Assembly (NCBI GenBank): GCA_944386295.1
Contig: CALXAO010000110.1
Location: forward strand, 1 to 62,863
DNA: 62,863 bases
Direction of reading: 5' to 3'
Source of the DNA: an uncultured Clostridia bacterium
Lineage (GTDB): Bacteria; Bacillota; Clostridia; Oscillospirales; UBA644
Each line of letters opens with the position of its first letter. The stretch's first letter is position 1. Of the stretch, positions 1-9,063 are shown piece by piece. The notes beneath the pieces are model-generated. The model did no database searches. It was given only the letters and a program-made list of their open reading frames with translations, and was not told the DNA's origin. Both the position numbers and the translations under genes were made by a program.

Positions 1-557
1 AAATGCGAGAATTTTGTCAGACGAATCAAAGTTGTTGTAATCATAGCTTGTTCAATTTCAGTATCAAACTCTCGGATAAGCTTAATTGTGTGCCCATTTG
101 AATGGCTTATGGCCTTTAAAATAAGTAAGGCATAAGAAGACGCAGAGTGCAAGGTTGGAAGGCGTTTTTCCAGCTCCGGAAAAAGAATGGGTACCAATCT
201 TGAATCCGAGGATTTAAGAGTTGCACGTTCTTTAACTCTGTATCTTGTTAGGAATTTTAGCTCCGAAGTTTTTCTAAGACTTGGGTTCTTCCGGTAAAGC
301 GGATTTATGACATAGGTGAGCAGACCGTTGTCAGGAAGAACTCCGGGACGTAACTGTAATATCCGGTAGCCTCAAGTCCTACCTTTATTTTGCCGCTGAC
401 AATACTGATCCTTCCTGTTGCTGACAGTAAAGACATTTGCACGGACTGAACCGATAATAAAGCAGTTCTGCTTGTCCTTTGCAACATCATTAAACCGTCG
501 GGCGGTATCTAACTGATTAACATACTGTAAAGGGCCGTGGTTGGATCTTTTCAGCAC
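1..557 (-). mobile_element. IS110-family transposase relic (frameshifted, internally deleted, truncated by window edge)
   Basis: Minus-strand translation across three frames gives KVGLEATGYYS, YVINPLYRKNPSLRK and LFPELEKRLPTLHSASSYALL. This is the order and wording typical of IS110/DEDD transposase N-terminal halves. There are at least two frame breaks and the KTD..DA segment is absent. Confidence 0.45.
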
Positions 558-642
558 CTATCCACAGCATCTTTTACAGTGCAGCATATGTCCTTGGAGA
601 GGGACAATAATAACTACTACTTTATTATACGAGGAGTCTGCT

Positions 643-2013
643 ATGATCCAGAACCATGTTTCTACTCCGGAGATGCTTTCCGATTTGAAGCGTCTGATTG
701 CTATTCCAAGCAAATATACTGCCCCAGAAGAAGGGATGTCTTACGGAAAGGGTGTACACGACGCTCTGGAATTTTTCCGCTGCCGGGCGGAAACTTTGGG
801 ATTTGTAGCGCGCAACCTGGGGTATATAACCGAAATTGTTTACGGAGAAGGGCAGGAGACTGTTTATATCGCTTGTCATGGAGATGTGGTGCCAGAGGGG
901 GACGGATGGCATTCGGATCCTTTTCGGGCGGAAATTCGGGATGGGCGGGTTTATGGCCGCGGCGCAATTGACAATAAGGGGCCGGCTGTTGCTGTTCTTC
1001 ATGCGCTGGCTGCTCTGAAAAGGGCCGGAATTCAGCCGAAAAAACAAATTCGTCTGCTTATCGGTGGAGATGAGGAACGGGGAATGCAGGATCTAAAAAC
1101 CTATGTGGCGGAATATGGGCTGCCGGATTACGGTTTAGCTCCAGACAGTCAGTTTCCTATTGTCAATACGGAGGTTGGGGTGCTTTTCGGGGATCTTTGT
1201 CTGGAATGCAGAGAAGATTCCACGCTTGCGTTAGTTCGTCTAGAAAGCGGTAGGGCATATAATTGCGTGCCGGATTTTGCTGTGGCGGAGCTGCGCTCTG
1301 CGGTGGGCTGGGATCCGGAAGAAATTTCGGCTTTTGAGCCGTCGGTATCGGCAAAGGTGCAGGGGGGTCGACTGCTTCTGGAGGCGGTGGGCCGTTCAGC
1401 GCACGGATCGGTGCCCTGGGAGGGCAAGAGTGCCCTTCTATTGTTGGCCGGCGTGTTGAAAACCATATGGGACCGTCGGAGCATTGCGCATCCCTTGTTG
1501 GAATTACTGGTTCGGTATCTGTCTCCGGACTGCAACGGGAGTGCCATGGGGCTGTACTGCGAAGACGCGCTGTGCGGGCCGCTGTCCTTCAATGTTGGCC
1601 TATGCCGCTATGAAGCGGGGCGAGGGTCTCTTGGCCTGGATTTGCGGATTCCGGCCACGGTCAACGGGGAAGAAGTCCTGCGGAAATTGGAAACGTTTGC
1701 TCGGACTCAGGGGGCGGAATTTCGTGCCGGAAAGCTGGACCCGGGAACCCATATTCCTGCGGAAACGCCCTTTATGCAGCAACTTGCGGCGGCTTATGAG
1801 AAAGCTTGCGGAAAAAAAGCGGCATTTCTGACCGCCAGAGGCGTAACCTATGCCAAAGCTTTCGGCGGCCGGGGCGTGGCGTTTGGCCCTGCGGAAAGTG
1901 AAGAAGGGGAGGAGTGCGGGAATCTTCACGGTCCCGATGAATATGTTGCGATCAAGACGCTGGAAAATCTTGCCCAAATTTATTATACTGTTCTGCGGGA
2001 TCTGTTCTGCTGA
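643..2013 (+). CDS. M20-family dipeptidase (PepV/Sapep-like)
   Basis: HGDVVPEGDGWHSDPF...GRGAIDNKGP motif block. ATG at 643 is preceded by GAGGAG (631-636). The track start at 541 looks like an upstream extension. Confidence 0.85.
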   Translation: MIQNHVSTPEMLSDLKRLIAIPSKYTAPEEGMSYGKGVHDALEFFRCRAETLGFVARNLGYITEIVYGEGQETVYIACHGDVVPEGDGWHSDPFRAEIRDGRVYGRGAIDNKGPAVAVLHALAALKRAGIQPKKQIRLLIGGDEERGMQDLKTYVAEYGLPDYGLAPDSQFPIVNTEVGVLFGDLCLECREDSTLALVRLESGRAYNCVPDFAVAELRSAVGWDPEEISAFEPSVSAKVQGGRLLLEAVGRSAHGSVPWEGKSALLLLAGVLKTIWDRRSIAHPLLELLVRYLSPDCNGSAMGLYCEDALCGPLSFNVGLCRYEAGRGSLGLDLRIPATVNGEEVLRKLETFARTQGAEFRAGKLDPGTHIPAETPFMQQLAAAYEKACGKKAAFLTARGVTYAKAFGGRGVAFGPAESEEGEECGNLHGPDEYVAIKTLENLAQIYYTVLRDLFC

Positions 2014-2055
2014 CGTAAATGTCGGGAAAAGTTCGGAAAAAAAAGGCTTTTCCTC

Positions 2056-2084
2056 TTGACGAATCTGCAAAAACATGTTATAAT
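2056..2084 (+). promoter_or_regulatory. SigA-type promoter TTGACG-17-TGtTATAAT
   Basis: -35 at 2056-2061, extended -10 at 2076-2084, about 33 nt upstream of the ferredoxin ATG. Confidence 0.55.
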
Positions 2085-2117
2085 ACGGTTGAATTCAGTG
2101 AAGGAGGTTAGTTGAAT

Positions 2118-2291
2118 ATGGCTCATAAAATTTCTGACGACTGCATTGCCTGCGGTGCCTGCGAGGCGGAATGCCCTGTAAATGCTATTTCCGAAAAGGA
2201 TGGAAAATACGTCATCAATGCAGATGACTGTATCGATTGCGGTGCTTGCGCTTCTACCTGTCCGGTCGGTGCGCCTCATCCTGCAGAATAA
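2118..2291 (+). CDS. 2x[4Fe-4S] clostridial-type ferredoxin (57 aa, absent from the ORF track)
   Basis: Translation is [57 protein letters not shown]. It has two CxxCxxCxxxCP motifs, AAGGAGG at 2101-2107 and a TAA stop at 2289-2291. Confidence 0.85.
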   Translation: MAHKISDDCIACGACEAECPVNAISEKDGKYVINADDCIDCGACASTCPVGAPHPAE

Positions 2292-2321
2292 AAATGTCTG
2301 AACGTACAGCGGTTGCGGTTT

Positions 2322-2348
2322 GGGACGGTTTTGTCCCTTCCGGTTTTT
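2322..2348 (+). terminator. Weak intrinsic terminator after ferredoxin
   Basis: GGGAC-GGTTTT-GTCCC followed by TTCCGGTTTTT. Confidence 0.4.
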
Positions 2349-2389
2349 GCTGTGCGTTTTTCTTTATATGGAATTTCCGGAGGTGCAGT

Positions 2390-3085
2390 GTGGAACGGCT
2401 GGATGATCTTTGTGTCGGCGGTCTGAAAATTTATCAGGACCCAGAAGCGTTTTGTTTTGGTACGGATGCTGTTCTCCTTTCCCGGTTTGCTTCCCGGAAG
2501 CGGTTTCAGACAGCGGCCGACCTTTGCTGCGGCAGCGGAGTAATTCCGCTGCTGCTTTCAGCGTTTGCTCCTTCTGCCGTTCTTTGGGGGGTGGACTTGT
2601 CCGACCGACAGGTAGAATTGGCCCAAAAGTCGGTGGGCTATAATGGTCTGGAATCTCGTGTTCGGATTTTCCGGGCCGATGTTCGAGCGAAAAACCAGTT
2701 TTCCCCGGGACAGCTGGATTTGGTTACGGCGAACCCACCCTATCAGAGGGTCGGCAGCGGACTTTTGCCCCGGAAGGGGCAGCGGGCGGCCCGGACAGAA
2801 GAGACCTGTACGGTTTTCGACGTGACCGAGACCGCGTCCTTTTTACTTCGCTCCGGCGGCAGATTGGCTGTCGTCTATTGTCCAAACCGTCTGGCAGACT
2901 TACTGGAAGCCTGCCGTCGGGTGCAACTGGAGCCGAAGGTTTTGCAGTTAATTTATCCGGCCCCTGACCGGGAACCGCAGCTGATGCTGTTGGAGGCCGT
3001 TCGGCAGGCCAAGCCGGGAATGCGCCTTTCCCCGCCGATTTTTCTGAACGATGGAGTCAGCAACTTAGATAGGAGCATGGAATGA
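2390..3085 (+). CDS. SAM-dependent methyltransferase, tRNA1(Val) (adenine37-N6)-methyltransferase-like
   Basis: DLCCGSGVIPLLL SAM-binding loop and NPPY motif (TANPPYQ). GTG at 2390 follows GGAGGTG. The alternative ATG at 2294 would run through the ferredoxin terminator. Confidence 0.7.
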   Translation: MERLDDLCVGGLKIYQDPEAFCFGTDAVLLSRFASRKRFQTAADLCCGSGVIPLLLSAFAPSAVLWGVDLSDRQVELAQKSVGYNGLESRVRIFRADVRAKNQFSPGQLDLVTANPPYQRVGSGLLPRKGQRAARTEETCTVFDVTETASFLLRSGGRLAVVYCPNRLADLLEACRRVQLEPKVLQLIYPAPDREPQLMLLEAVRQAKPGMRLSPPIFLNDGVSNLDRSME

Positions 3086-3915
3086 ATCGGATTTCCCTTT
3101 ATTTGGTGGCCACCCCCATCGGCAACCGGGCGGATTTGTCTCCCCGGGCAGTGGAGGTACTGGGACATGTGGATTTTGTTGCGGCGGAGGATACCCGTAC
3201 GTCAGGACTTTTGCTGAGCTATTACGGAATTAAAAAACCTATGGTCAGCTACTTTGAACATAATCGCTGGGAAAAAGGTCCGCAGATTCTGGAACGGCTC
3301 CGGGCCGGTCAGACCTGTGCTCTGGTGACTGATGCAGGCATGCCTGCGATTTCGGATCCCGGACAGGATTTGGTTGCTTTGTGTCACGATGCCGGACTGG
3401 GCGTAAGCGCTATCCCCGGCCCCTGTGCTTTTGTAACGGCGCTGGCCATGTCGGGACTTCCCTCCCGTCGGTTTTGCTTTGAGGGTTTTCTGGAATCTGC
3501 TTCGGCCGCCCGCCGCCGCCAGTTGGAGGAGCTTGCCCGGGAGCAACGGACGCTGATTTTTTATGAAGCGCCTCATCGGTTGGGTCGCACGCTGGCGGAT
3601 CTGGTGGCGGCGTTTGGGCAGAATCGGCAGATTTGCGTAGTGCGGGAAATTTCAAAGATTTACGAGGAGGCTCGCCGGATGGATTTGGGACAAGCTCTGG
3701 AATTTTACGGGAAAACTGCTCCGCGAGGGGAATTTGTGCTGGTGGTGGAAGGTGCCTGCGCTCCAGAGCCACCGCTCCTTTCTGGAGAAGAACTGCTGCA
3801 GGCTGCCGCTGCACGGATGGCCGAGGGAAAGCCGAAATCGGTGGTTGCTAAAGAGCTTGCCCGGGAATACGGCCTGGGACGGAACGAAATTTACAGTCGG
3901 ATTAAGGACCTTTGA
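3082..3915 (+). CDS. rsmI: 16S rRNA (cytidine1402-2'-O)-methyltransferase
   Basis: LYLVATPIGNRADLSPRAVEVL...AAEDTR N-terminus typical of RsmI. ATGA overlap with the upstream gene. Confidence 0.9.
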   Translation: MNRISLYLVATPIGNRADLSPRAVEVLGHVDFVAAEDTRTSGLLLSYYGIKKPMVSYFEHNRWEKGPQILERLRAGQTCALVTDAGMPAISDPGQDLVALCHDAGLGVSAIPGPCAFVTALAMSGLPSRRFCFEGFLESASAARRRQLEELAREQRTLIFYEAPHRLGRTLADLVAAFGQNRQICVVREISKIYEEARRMDLGQALEFYGKTAPRGEFVLVVEGACAPEPPLLSGEELLQAAAARMAEGKPKSVVAKELAREYGLGRNEIYSRIKDL

Positions 3916-3930
3916 AAGGAGTTTTTAGAT

Positions 3931-4380
3931 ATGGATACCATTGCCAGTTTTGAAGTTAACCATACCCGTCTTGTTCCGGGAATGTATGTTTCCCGGGTGG
4001 ATGGCGATATTGTGACTTACGATCTGCGTCTTTGCCGACCTAATCGGGAAACGTTACCTATTGCCGCTATGCATACACTGGAGCATCTGTTTGCGGTTCT
4101 TGTCCGCAATGGGTCTTTCGGAAAGTATATAATTTATTTTGGACCGATGGGCTGCCGAACCGGATTTTATCTTTTGGTGCGGGATTTATCTCCTGCGGAG
4201 TGCATCGGTTTGGTGCGGAAGACTTTCTGTCGGATTGCCGCTTGGGAAGGTGTCGTTCCCGGATGTTCTGAAAAAGAGTGCGGAAATTGGAAAGAGCATA
4301 ACTTGGCGGACGCTGTGCGGGCGGCAAAGCAGTATTGCTCTGTTCTCGAACATGTTTCCGAAAATACTCTGAAATATTGA
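3931..4380 (+). CDS. luxS: S-ribosylhomocysteine lyase
   Basis: MHTLEHLFA metal-binding motif and conserved Cys (GCRTGFY); 149 aa. Confidence 0.92.
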   Translation: MDTIASFEVNHTRLVPGMYVSRVDGDIVTYDLRLCRPNRETLPIAAMHTLEHLFAVLVRNGSFGKYIIYFGPMGCRTGFYLLVRDLSPAECIGLVRKTFCRIAAWEGVVPGCSEKECGNWKEHNLADAVRAAKQYCSVLEHVSENTLKY

Positions 4381-4414
4381 GAAATATATGTCATCTTTTT
4401 AACAATTTTTTATG

Positions 4415-4440
4415 TTTCTTTTTGGAAAAAAGAAATTTTT
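4415..4440 (+). terminator. AT-rich hairpin plus T-run after luxS
   Basis: TTTCTTTTT-GG-AAAAAAGAAA followed by TTTTT. The stem is A:U only, so it is weak. Confidence 0.35.
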
Positions 4441-4450
4441 CTGTTTTCTC

Positions 4451-4479
4451 TTGCAATTTCGGGCAGAATAGTATATAAT
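4451..4479 (+). promoter_or_regulatory. SigA-type promoter TTGCAA-17-TATAAT
   Basis: -35 at 4451-4456, -10 at 4474-4479, about 100 nt upstream of the peptidase ATG. Confidence 0.5.
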
Positions 4480-4584
4480 AAGTTAAAGCGATATCTTATT
4501 AATCCGAACGGACACCTCAGTCCGTTCTTTTGTCGCGAAACCGGCGGGCATGGCTTCTGTGCGGTTTCGCATAAGAGGTTGTTT

Positions 4585-6246
4585 ATGCCACGCACACTCA
4601 AAGACCCGGAAGAAAAAGTCCTTCCGGTGGAAAATTCATCGAAACCGGTTTATATTCCGTCTCCTTCCCGGAAGCGAAAAAAGCCCAGGTCCCAGCTGGC
4701 GCTGCGTATGGCTGGTCTGCGGTTGTCTGTGTTCTGTCGTTTGCGGGATATTCGCCGGGAACTTCACGCGGCGCATCAGCGCAAATTCCGTCATGTAACG
4801 GTACGCAACGCTTCCTTGGCTTATCGTCTGCGGGTGCTGCTACGTAGAGGTGCGCATTTGGCCGGCAGTACGGCCAGGGCACTTTTGGGTCTTATTCTGC
4901 CGTTTGTCCTACCCGCGCTGGGCTGCGGTATCCTGCTTTTTTCCGCTTGGGCTTTTTCTACATATGCCATTGCTATTGAGGTTGTTGTGGAGGGAAAAGT
5001 GATTGGCTATGTGGAGAATTCCGGTACGTTTTCCGAAATCAACGGTCAGGTGCAGGCCAGGGTAATGGCCGAAAGTGAGGCCGATACTGGGGAAGGTGTG
5101 TATACGCTTGAAAATATGCCGTTTTTGCGGTATGCCGTCATCGAAAAAGATGCCTTTACAAAAGAGGAGGATATTTACAATACTCTTTATACCTTGGCTT
5201 CGGATTATACCAGGCAGTCTTACGGATTTTTTCTGGATGGGACATTGATTGCCACTTCAAAAAAACGGGATTTGTTAGACCAGGTTCTACAAACGGTGCT
5301 GTCTGCTTATGCGGCCGACGGCGAAGCCGGAACGACCGAAATTCTGAATTATATGGAAATCCGTCGGGGGGAGTATCCGTCTGGATATGAAAAAAGCTAT
5401 ACTCAACTGTTGTCTTTGTTTACCTCCGGGCCTTTGCTGAAGGAATATGTCGTGCAGGCCGGAGATACGGCTGAAACAGTAGCTGCCCAGAATGGAATGG
5501 ATCTTCCCGTGCTTTTTCTTTTGAATCATCTGGAGTCCGACGCAGTTCTGACCGAGGGACAGGTTCTTCGGGTGGGAACCCCGTCCTGTGTGCTTAATGT
5601 GAAAAACGTGTGGACTTCCGTGTCTTCCGAAACGGTGCCGTATCAGACGGAATATTTGTACACCGATACCATGTATGAAGGAGAAACCGCGATTTCCCGC
5701 GTCGGTGAAAACGGAATATACGAGGTTGTTACCGAAATCTGTTCGGTCAATGGGGTGATAACATCCCGCACGGAGCTTTCTCGGACGTTGCTTCGGGAAC
5801 CGGTGTCCCGGGTGATTTTGGTGGGAACCAAAGCTATTGCTCCCTCCGGCCATTTTATCTGGCCTACCAACGGCGGTTATGTTTCTTCGGAGTTCGGTTG
5901 GCGCTGGTTGTTCGGTTCTCGGGATTTTCATACCGGAATGGATATTGCCGTTCCGTATCGGACGCCGATTTATGCTGCGGACGCGGGAACAGTCATTGAT
6001 ACCGGCGAAAATGACCGCTATCTGGGCGTTTATGTAAAAATAGATCACGGAAATGGTATTGTGACGGTGTATGGCCATGCCAGCGGAATTGCATCGGGAA
6101 TCATGGTGGGAAAAAAGGTTTATCAAGGACAGATTATTGCTTATGTAGGAAGCACCGGAGTCTCCACTGGAAATCATGTACATTTTTCAGTGTATGATAG
6201 CAACAAAAAAGAATATTACGACCCTTCCAATTATGTGAAGAGATAG
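4585..6246 (+). CDS. Membrane-anchored M23 peptidase with LysM and G5 domains
   Basis: TM segment LILPFVLPALGCGILLFSAWAF; LysM-like YVVQAGDTAETVAAQNGMDL; G5-like ETVPYQTEY...VILVGTK; M23 HTGMDIA...GNHVHFSV. ATG at 4585 lies 6 nt after AAGAGG. Confidence 0.85.
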   Translation: MPRTLKDPEEKVLPVENSSKPVYIPSPSRKRKKPRSQLALRMAGLRLSVFCRLRDIRRELHAAHQRKFRHVTVRNASLAYRLRVLLRRGAHLAGSTARALLGLILPFVLPALGCGILLFSAWAFSTYAIAIEVVVEGKVIGYVENSGTFSEINGQVQARVMAESEADTGEGVYTLENMPFLRYAVIEKDAFTKEEDIYNTLYTLASDYTRQSYGFFLDGTLIATSKKRDLLDQVLQTVLSAYAADGEAGTTEILNYMEIRRGEYPSGYEKSYTQLLSLFTSGPLLKEYVVQAGDTAETVAAQNGMDLPVLFLLNHLESDAVLTEGQVLRVGTPSCVLNVKNVWTSVSSETVPYQTEYLYTDTMYEGETAISRVGENGIYEVVTEICSVNGVITSRTELSRTLLREPVSRVILVGTKAIAPSGHFIWPTNGGYVSSEFGWRWLFGSRDFHTGMDIAVPYRTPIYAADAGTVIDTGENDRYLGVYVKIDHGNGIVTVYGHASGIASGIMVGKKVYQGQIIAYVGSTGVSTGNHVHFSVYDSNKKEYYDPSNYVKR

Positions 6247-6255
6247 AATACTGAG

Positions 6256-7560
6256 GTGTTTGATTTGGAAAAATATGTGATTCGGGGCGGAGTTCCCCTC
6301 CAGGGAGAGGTTACAGTCAGTGGAAGTAAAAACGCTACTGTTGCCATTATTCCGGCTACGGTTTTGGTCAAAGGAACCTGCATTATTGAAAATGTTCCAG
6401 ATATCAATGATGTTGCACTCCTGTTTAATATCCTGACCCGGATGGGGGCGGAGGTCCGTAGTCTGGACCGAACCACGGTTTCTATTGATTGTACCCAGGT
6501 GAGGGACTGCTGCGTGGAAGACTGCGAAGCGGTGCGGAAAATGCGTGCCTCATACTATCTTATTGGCGCACTTCTGGGCCGATTCGGCAACGCGAAGGTT
6601 GGGCTTCCCGGCGGGTGTGATTTTGGTGTCCGGCCAATTGATCAGCATATTAAGGGCTTTGAAGCGTTGGGAGCGGAAATTTCCATTGAGCACGGAATTG
6701 TGAATGCCTCGTCGGACGGGCTGCGGGAAGCGTCGATTTATTTTGATGTCGTTAGCGTGGGCGCAACCATTAATGTGATGTTGGCTGCCGTGGGCGTGCC
6801 GGGAAAAACTGTCATTGAAAACGCGGCGAAAGAGCCGCATATTGTGGACGTTGCGAACTTTTTGAATTCTATGGGAGCGGATATTAAAGGCGCCGGTACG
6901 GATGTAATCCGGATTCGGGGCGGACAGGAGCTACATGGCGGACGGTACGAGGTGATTCCCGACCAGATTGAGGCCGGAACTTATATGGCTGCTGCTGCGG
7001 CTGTGCAGGGAAGTGATGTGCTAATTAAAAATGTGATTCCTAAGCATATGGAATCGATTTCCGCTAAGCTGGAGGAGGCAGGGGTGACCGTTGTGGAAAA
7101 CGACGATTCTATTCAGGTTCGACGGGACGGTCCGCTGAATCGGATTAATGTAAAAACGCTTCCGTATCCCGGATTTCCTACCGATATGCAGCCGCAGATT
7201 ACCACTTTGCTTTGTTTGGCGGAAGGGACATCAATCATTACAGAAGGAGTATATGACCATCGGTTTCGCTATGCGGAGGAGCTGCGGCGGATGGGGGCCA
7301 AAATGGACGTAGACGGAAAAATCTGTGTGGTAGAAGGCATCTCCGCCTTTATGGGTGCCCGGGTCCGGGCCTGTGATCTGCGGGCCGGTGTGGCGATGGT
7401 GATCGCAGGGCTGGCGGCGGAGGGGATTACCGAGGTATTTGATATTGAACATATTGAGCGGGGATATGAAAATCTAGTGGAAAAATTGCAGGCTATCGGC
7501 GGCCGAATTTCTCGGGTAACAGAGAAGAAACCGGTACTGGAAGCGGGGAAAATCGGGTGA
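6256..7560 (+). CDS. murA: UDP-N-acetylglucosamine 1-carboxyvinyltransferase
   Basis: Full-length MurA-like protein (VSGSKNA..., PGGCDFGVRPIDQH, FPTDMQ). GTG start at 6256. Confidence 0.92.
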   Translation: MFDLEKYVIRGGVPLQGEVTVSGSKNATVAIIPATVLVKGTCIIENVPDINDVALLFNILTRMGAEVRSLDRTTVSIDCTQVRDCCVEDCEAVRKMRASYYLIGALLGRFGNAKVGLPGGCDFGVRPIDQHIKGFEALGAEISIEHGIVNASSDGLREASIYFDVVSVGATINVMLAAVGVPGKTVIENAAKEPHIVDVANFLNSMGADIKGAGTDVIRIRGGQELHGGRYEVIPDQIEAGTYMAAAAAVQGSDVLIKNVIPKHMESISAKLEEAGVTVVENDDSIQVRRDGPLNRINVKTLPYPGFPTDMQPQITTLLCLAEGTSIITEGVYDHRFRYAEELRRMGAKMDVDGKICVVEGISAFMGARVRACDLRAGVAMVIAGLAAEGITEVFDIEHIERGYENLVEKLQAIGGRISRVTEKKPVLEAGKIG

Positions 7561-8354
7561 GCCGTGTTCGTTTTTGCACTTTGGTCAGCGGCAGCAGCGC
7601 TAACTCTTCCTATTTGGAAATCAATGGCCGTGGAATTTTGATTGATGCCGGCGCCGGGATCCGGAAAACCGAAAAACTGCTGTCACAGTTGGGAAGCAGC
7701 CTTTCCCGGATTCAGGGTATTTTTTTGACCCATGAACATTCCGATCACGGGAACGGTTTATGTTCTATTACCCGCAAATACCGGATTCCCATTATGGCCA
7801 ACGGCCCTACGCTTACCGCAGTAGCCGCGCAGTACCCAGAGCTGGATACCGACTTGTTCCGTCTTATGCCCACCGGCGCGAAAGCGCAGAGGGACGATTT
7901 CTGTGTTACCTCTTTCCGGTGCATGCATGACAGTGCGGAATGCGTGGGATATCGGATTGACACTGAGCAGGGCAGCTTTGGCGTTTGTACTGACCTGGGA
8001 GATGTTTCAGATACTGTGGTGCAAGCGCTTCGGAAATGCCGAGGCATTATTTTTGAAGCCAATCATGATGCCGATATGCTCCGGTCTGGTCCTTACAGTT
8101 ATCCTCTTAAGCAGCGGATCGCCGGTCCCTGCGGTCATCTGTCCAATTTGCAATGCGGGCAGGCCCTCTGCGGATTGACAGAGACCGGTATAGAACAGGT
8201 CTTTTTGGCGCATCTGAGCCGGGAGAATAATACTCCGCAGGTTTGTATGCATACCGTCCGAGCGGTGCTGGAACAGCAGGGTATCCGGGAAGGAACGGAT
8301 GTGAAGGCTGTGGTTGCACCCCGGAACGAACCTTCGGAAATGTACATATGCTAA
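7557..8354 (+). CDS. MBL-fold metallo-hydrolase (YycJ/WalJ-like)
   Basis: THEHSDH motif; 265 aa; GTGA overlap with the murA stop. Confidence 0.75.
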   Translation: MSRVRFCTLVSGSSANSSYLEINGRGILIDAGAGIRKTEKLLSQLGSSLSRIQGIFLTHEHSDHGNGLCSITRKYRIPIMANGPTLTAVAAQYPELDTDLFRLMPTGAKAQRDDFCVTSFRCMHDSAECVGYRIDTEQGSFGVCTDLGDVSDTVVQALRKCRGIIFEANHDADMLRSGPYSYPLKQRIAGPCGHLSNLQCGQALCGLTETGIEQVFLAHLSRENNTPQVCMHTVRAVLEQQGIREGTDVKAVVAPRNEPSEMYIC

Positions 8355-8782
8355 CGGTCAATGTGATTTGTGTGGGCAGCCTGAAGGAGCGTTATTGGGT
8401 GGAGGCTTGCCGAGAATATGAGAAGCGTTTATCGGCTTTTTGCCGGCTGAATGTTGTATCGCTGGATGAGTCCTGTCCCAAAAAGGAGGCTTCCGGAATT
8501 TTAAAGGCCGCGGACGGCTATAAAATTGCTCTTTGTATAGAAGGGGCTTCGATTTCCTCGCCCCAGTTGGCCCGGCGGCTAGAACAGGTTTCCATGCTTC
8601 ACTCTAAGGTTAGTTTTTTGATTGGAGGGTCAGATGGTTTGGCGGAAGAGGTTAAACAGCAGGCTGACGTGTGTCTTTCTTTTTCCGCTCTGACCTTTCC
8701 GCATCAGATGATGCGTGTGATTGTACTGGAACAGGTTTACCGGGCGTTTACGATTCAAAGAAATATGGCATATCATAAATAA
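8348..8782 (+). CDS. rlmH: 23S rRNA (pseudouridine1915-N3)-methyltransferase
   Basis: MLTVNVICVGSLKERYW... SPOUT fold, C-terminal LEQVYRAFTI. ATG at 8348; the track ORF starts upstream inside the previous gene. Confidence 0.9.
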   Translation: MLTVNVICVGSLKERYWVEACREYEKRLSAFCRLNVVSLDESCPKKEASGILKAADGYKIALCIEGASISSPQLARRLEQVSMLHSKVSFLIGGSDGLAEEVKQQADVCLSFSALTFPHQMMRVIVLEQVYRAFTIQRNMAYHK

Positions 8783-8802
8783 AGGAAGGAATCGCATAAG
8801 GT

Positions 8803-9057
8803 ATGAAAGAGATTGATTATCAGACGCGGGGAACCTGTTCTCGGCGCATTCAGATCTTGTTGAATGATGACAATACCATTGCCCGGGTACAGTTCCAGGG
8901 GGGCTGTTCCGGGAATACTCAGGGAGTGGCAAGTTTGGTGATCGGAATGCCGGCGTCTGAGGCGATTAAACGGCTGAAGGGAATTCGCTGCGGAGCGAAG
9001 TCCACTTCCTGTCCGGATCAGCTCGCTCTGGCGCTGGAGCAGGCGGAGGAGGAGTAA
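8803..9057 (+). CDS. TSCPD-domain small protein (TIGR03905-like)
   Basis: GTCSRRI...GGCSGNTQG...IRCGAKSTSCPDQLA, the four-Cys pattern I associate with that family. Confidence 0.7.
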   Translation: MKEIDYQTRGTCSRRIQILLNDDNTIARVQFQGGCSGNTQGVASLVIGMPASEAIKRLKGIRCGAKSTSCPDQLALALEQAEEE

Positions 9058-9063
9058 ACTCAG

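Noticed and set aside
541-642. N-terminal extensions of track ORFs (541, 2237, 8243, 15932-16048, 25864-25902, 26594-26626, 30144-30158, 39584, 41613, 46584-46646, 54111-54197, 54669-54776, 56380)
   Set aside because: In each case an internal ATG/GTG with a good Shine-Dalgarno sequence matches the expected family N-terminus. The extension overlaps an upstream gene, leader RNA or terminator.
5287-6183. 298-aa minus-strand ORF inside the M23 peptidase gene
   Set aside because: It is antisense to a gene with clear LysM/G5/M23 motifs and has no motifs of its own. It is a shadow ORF.
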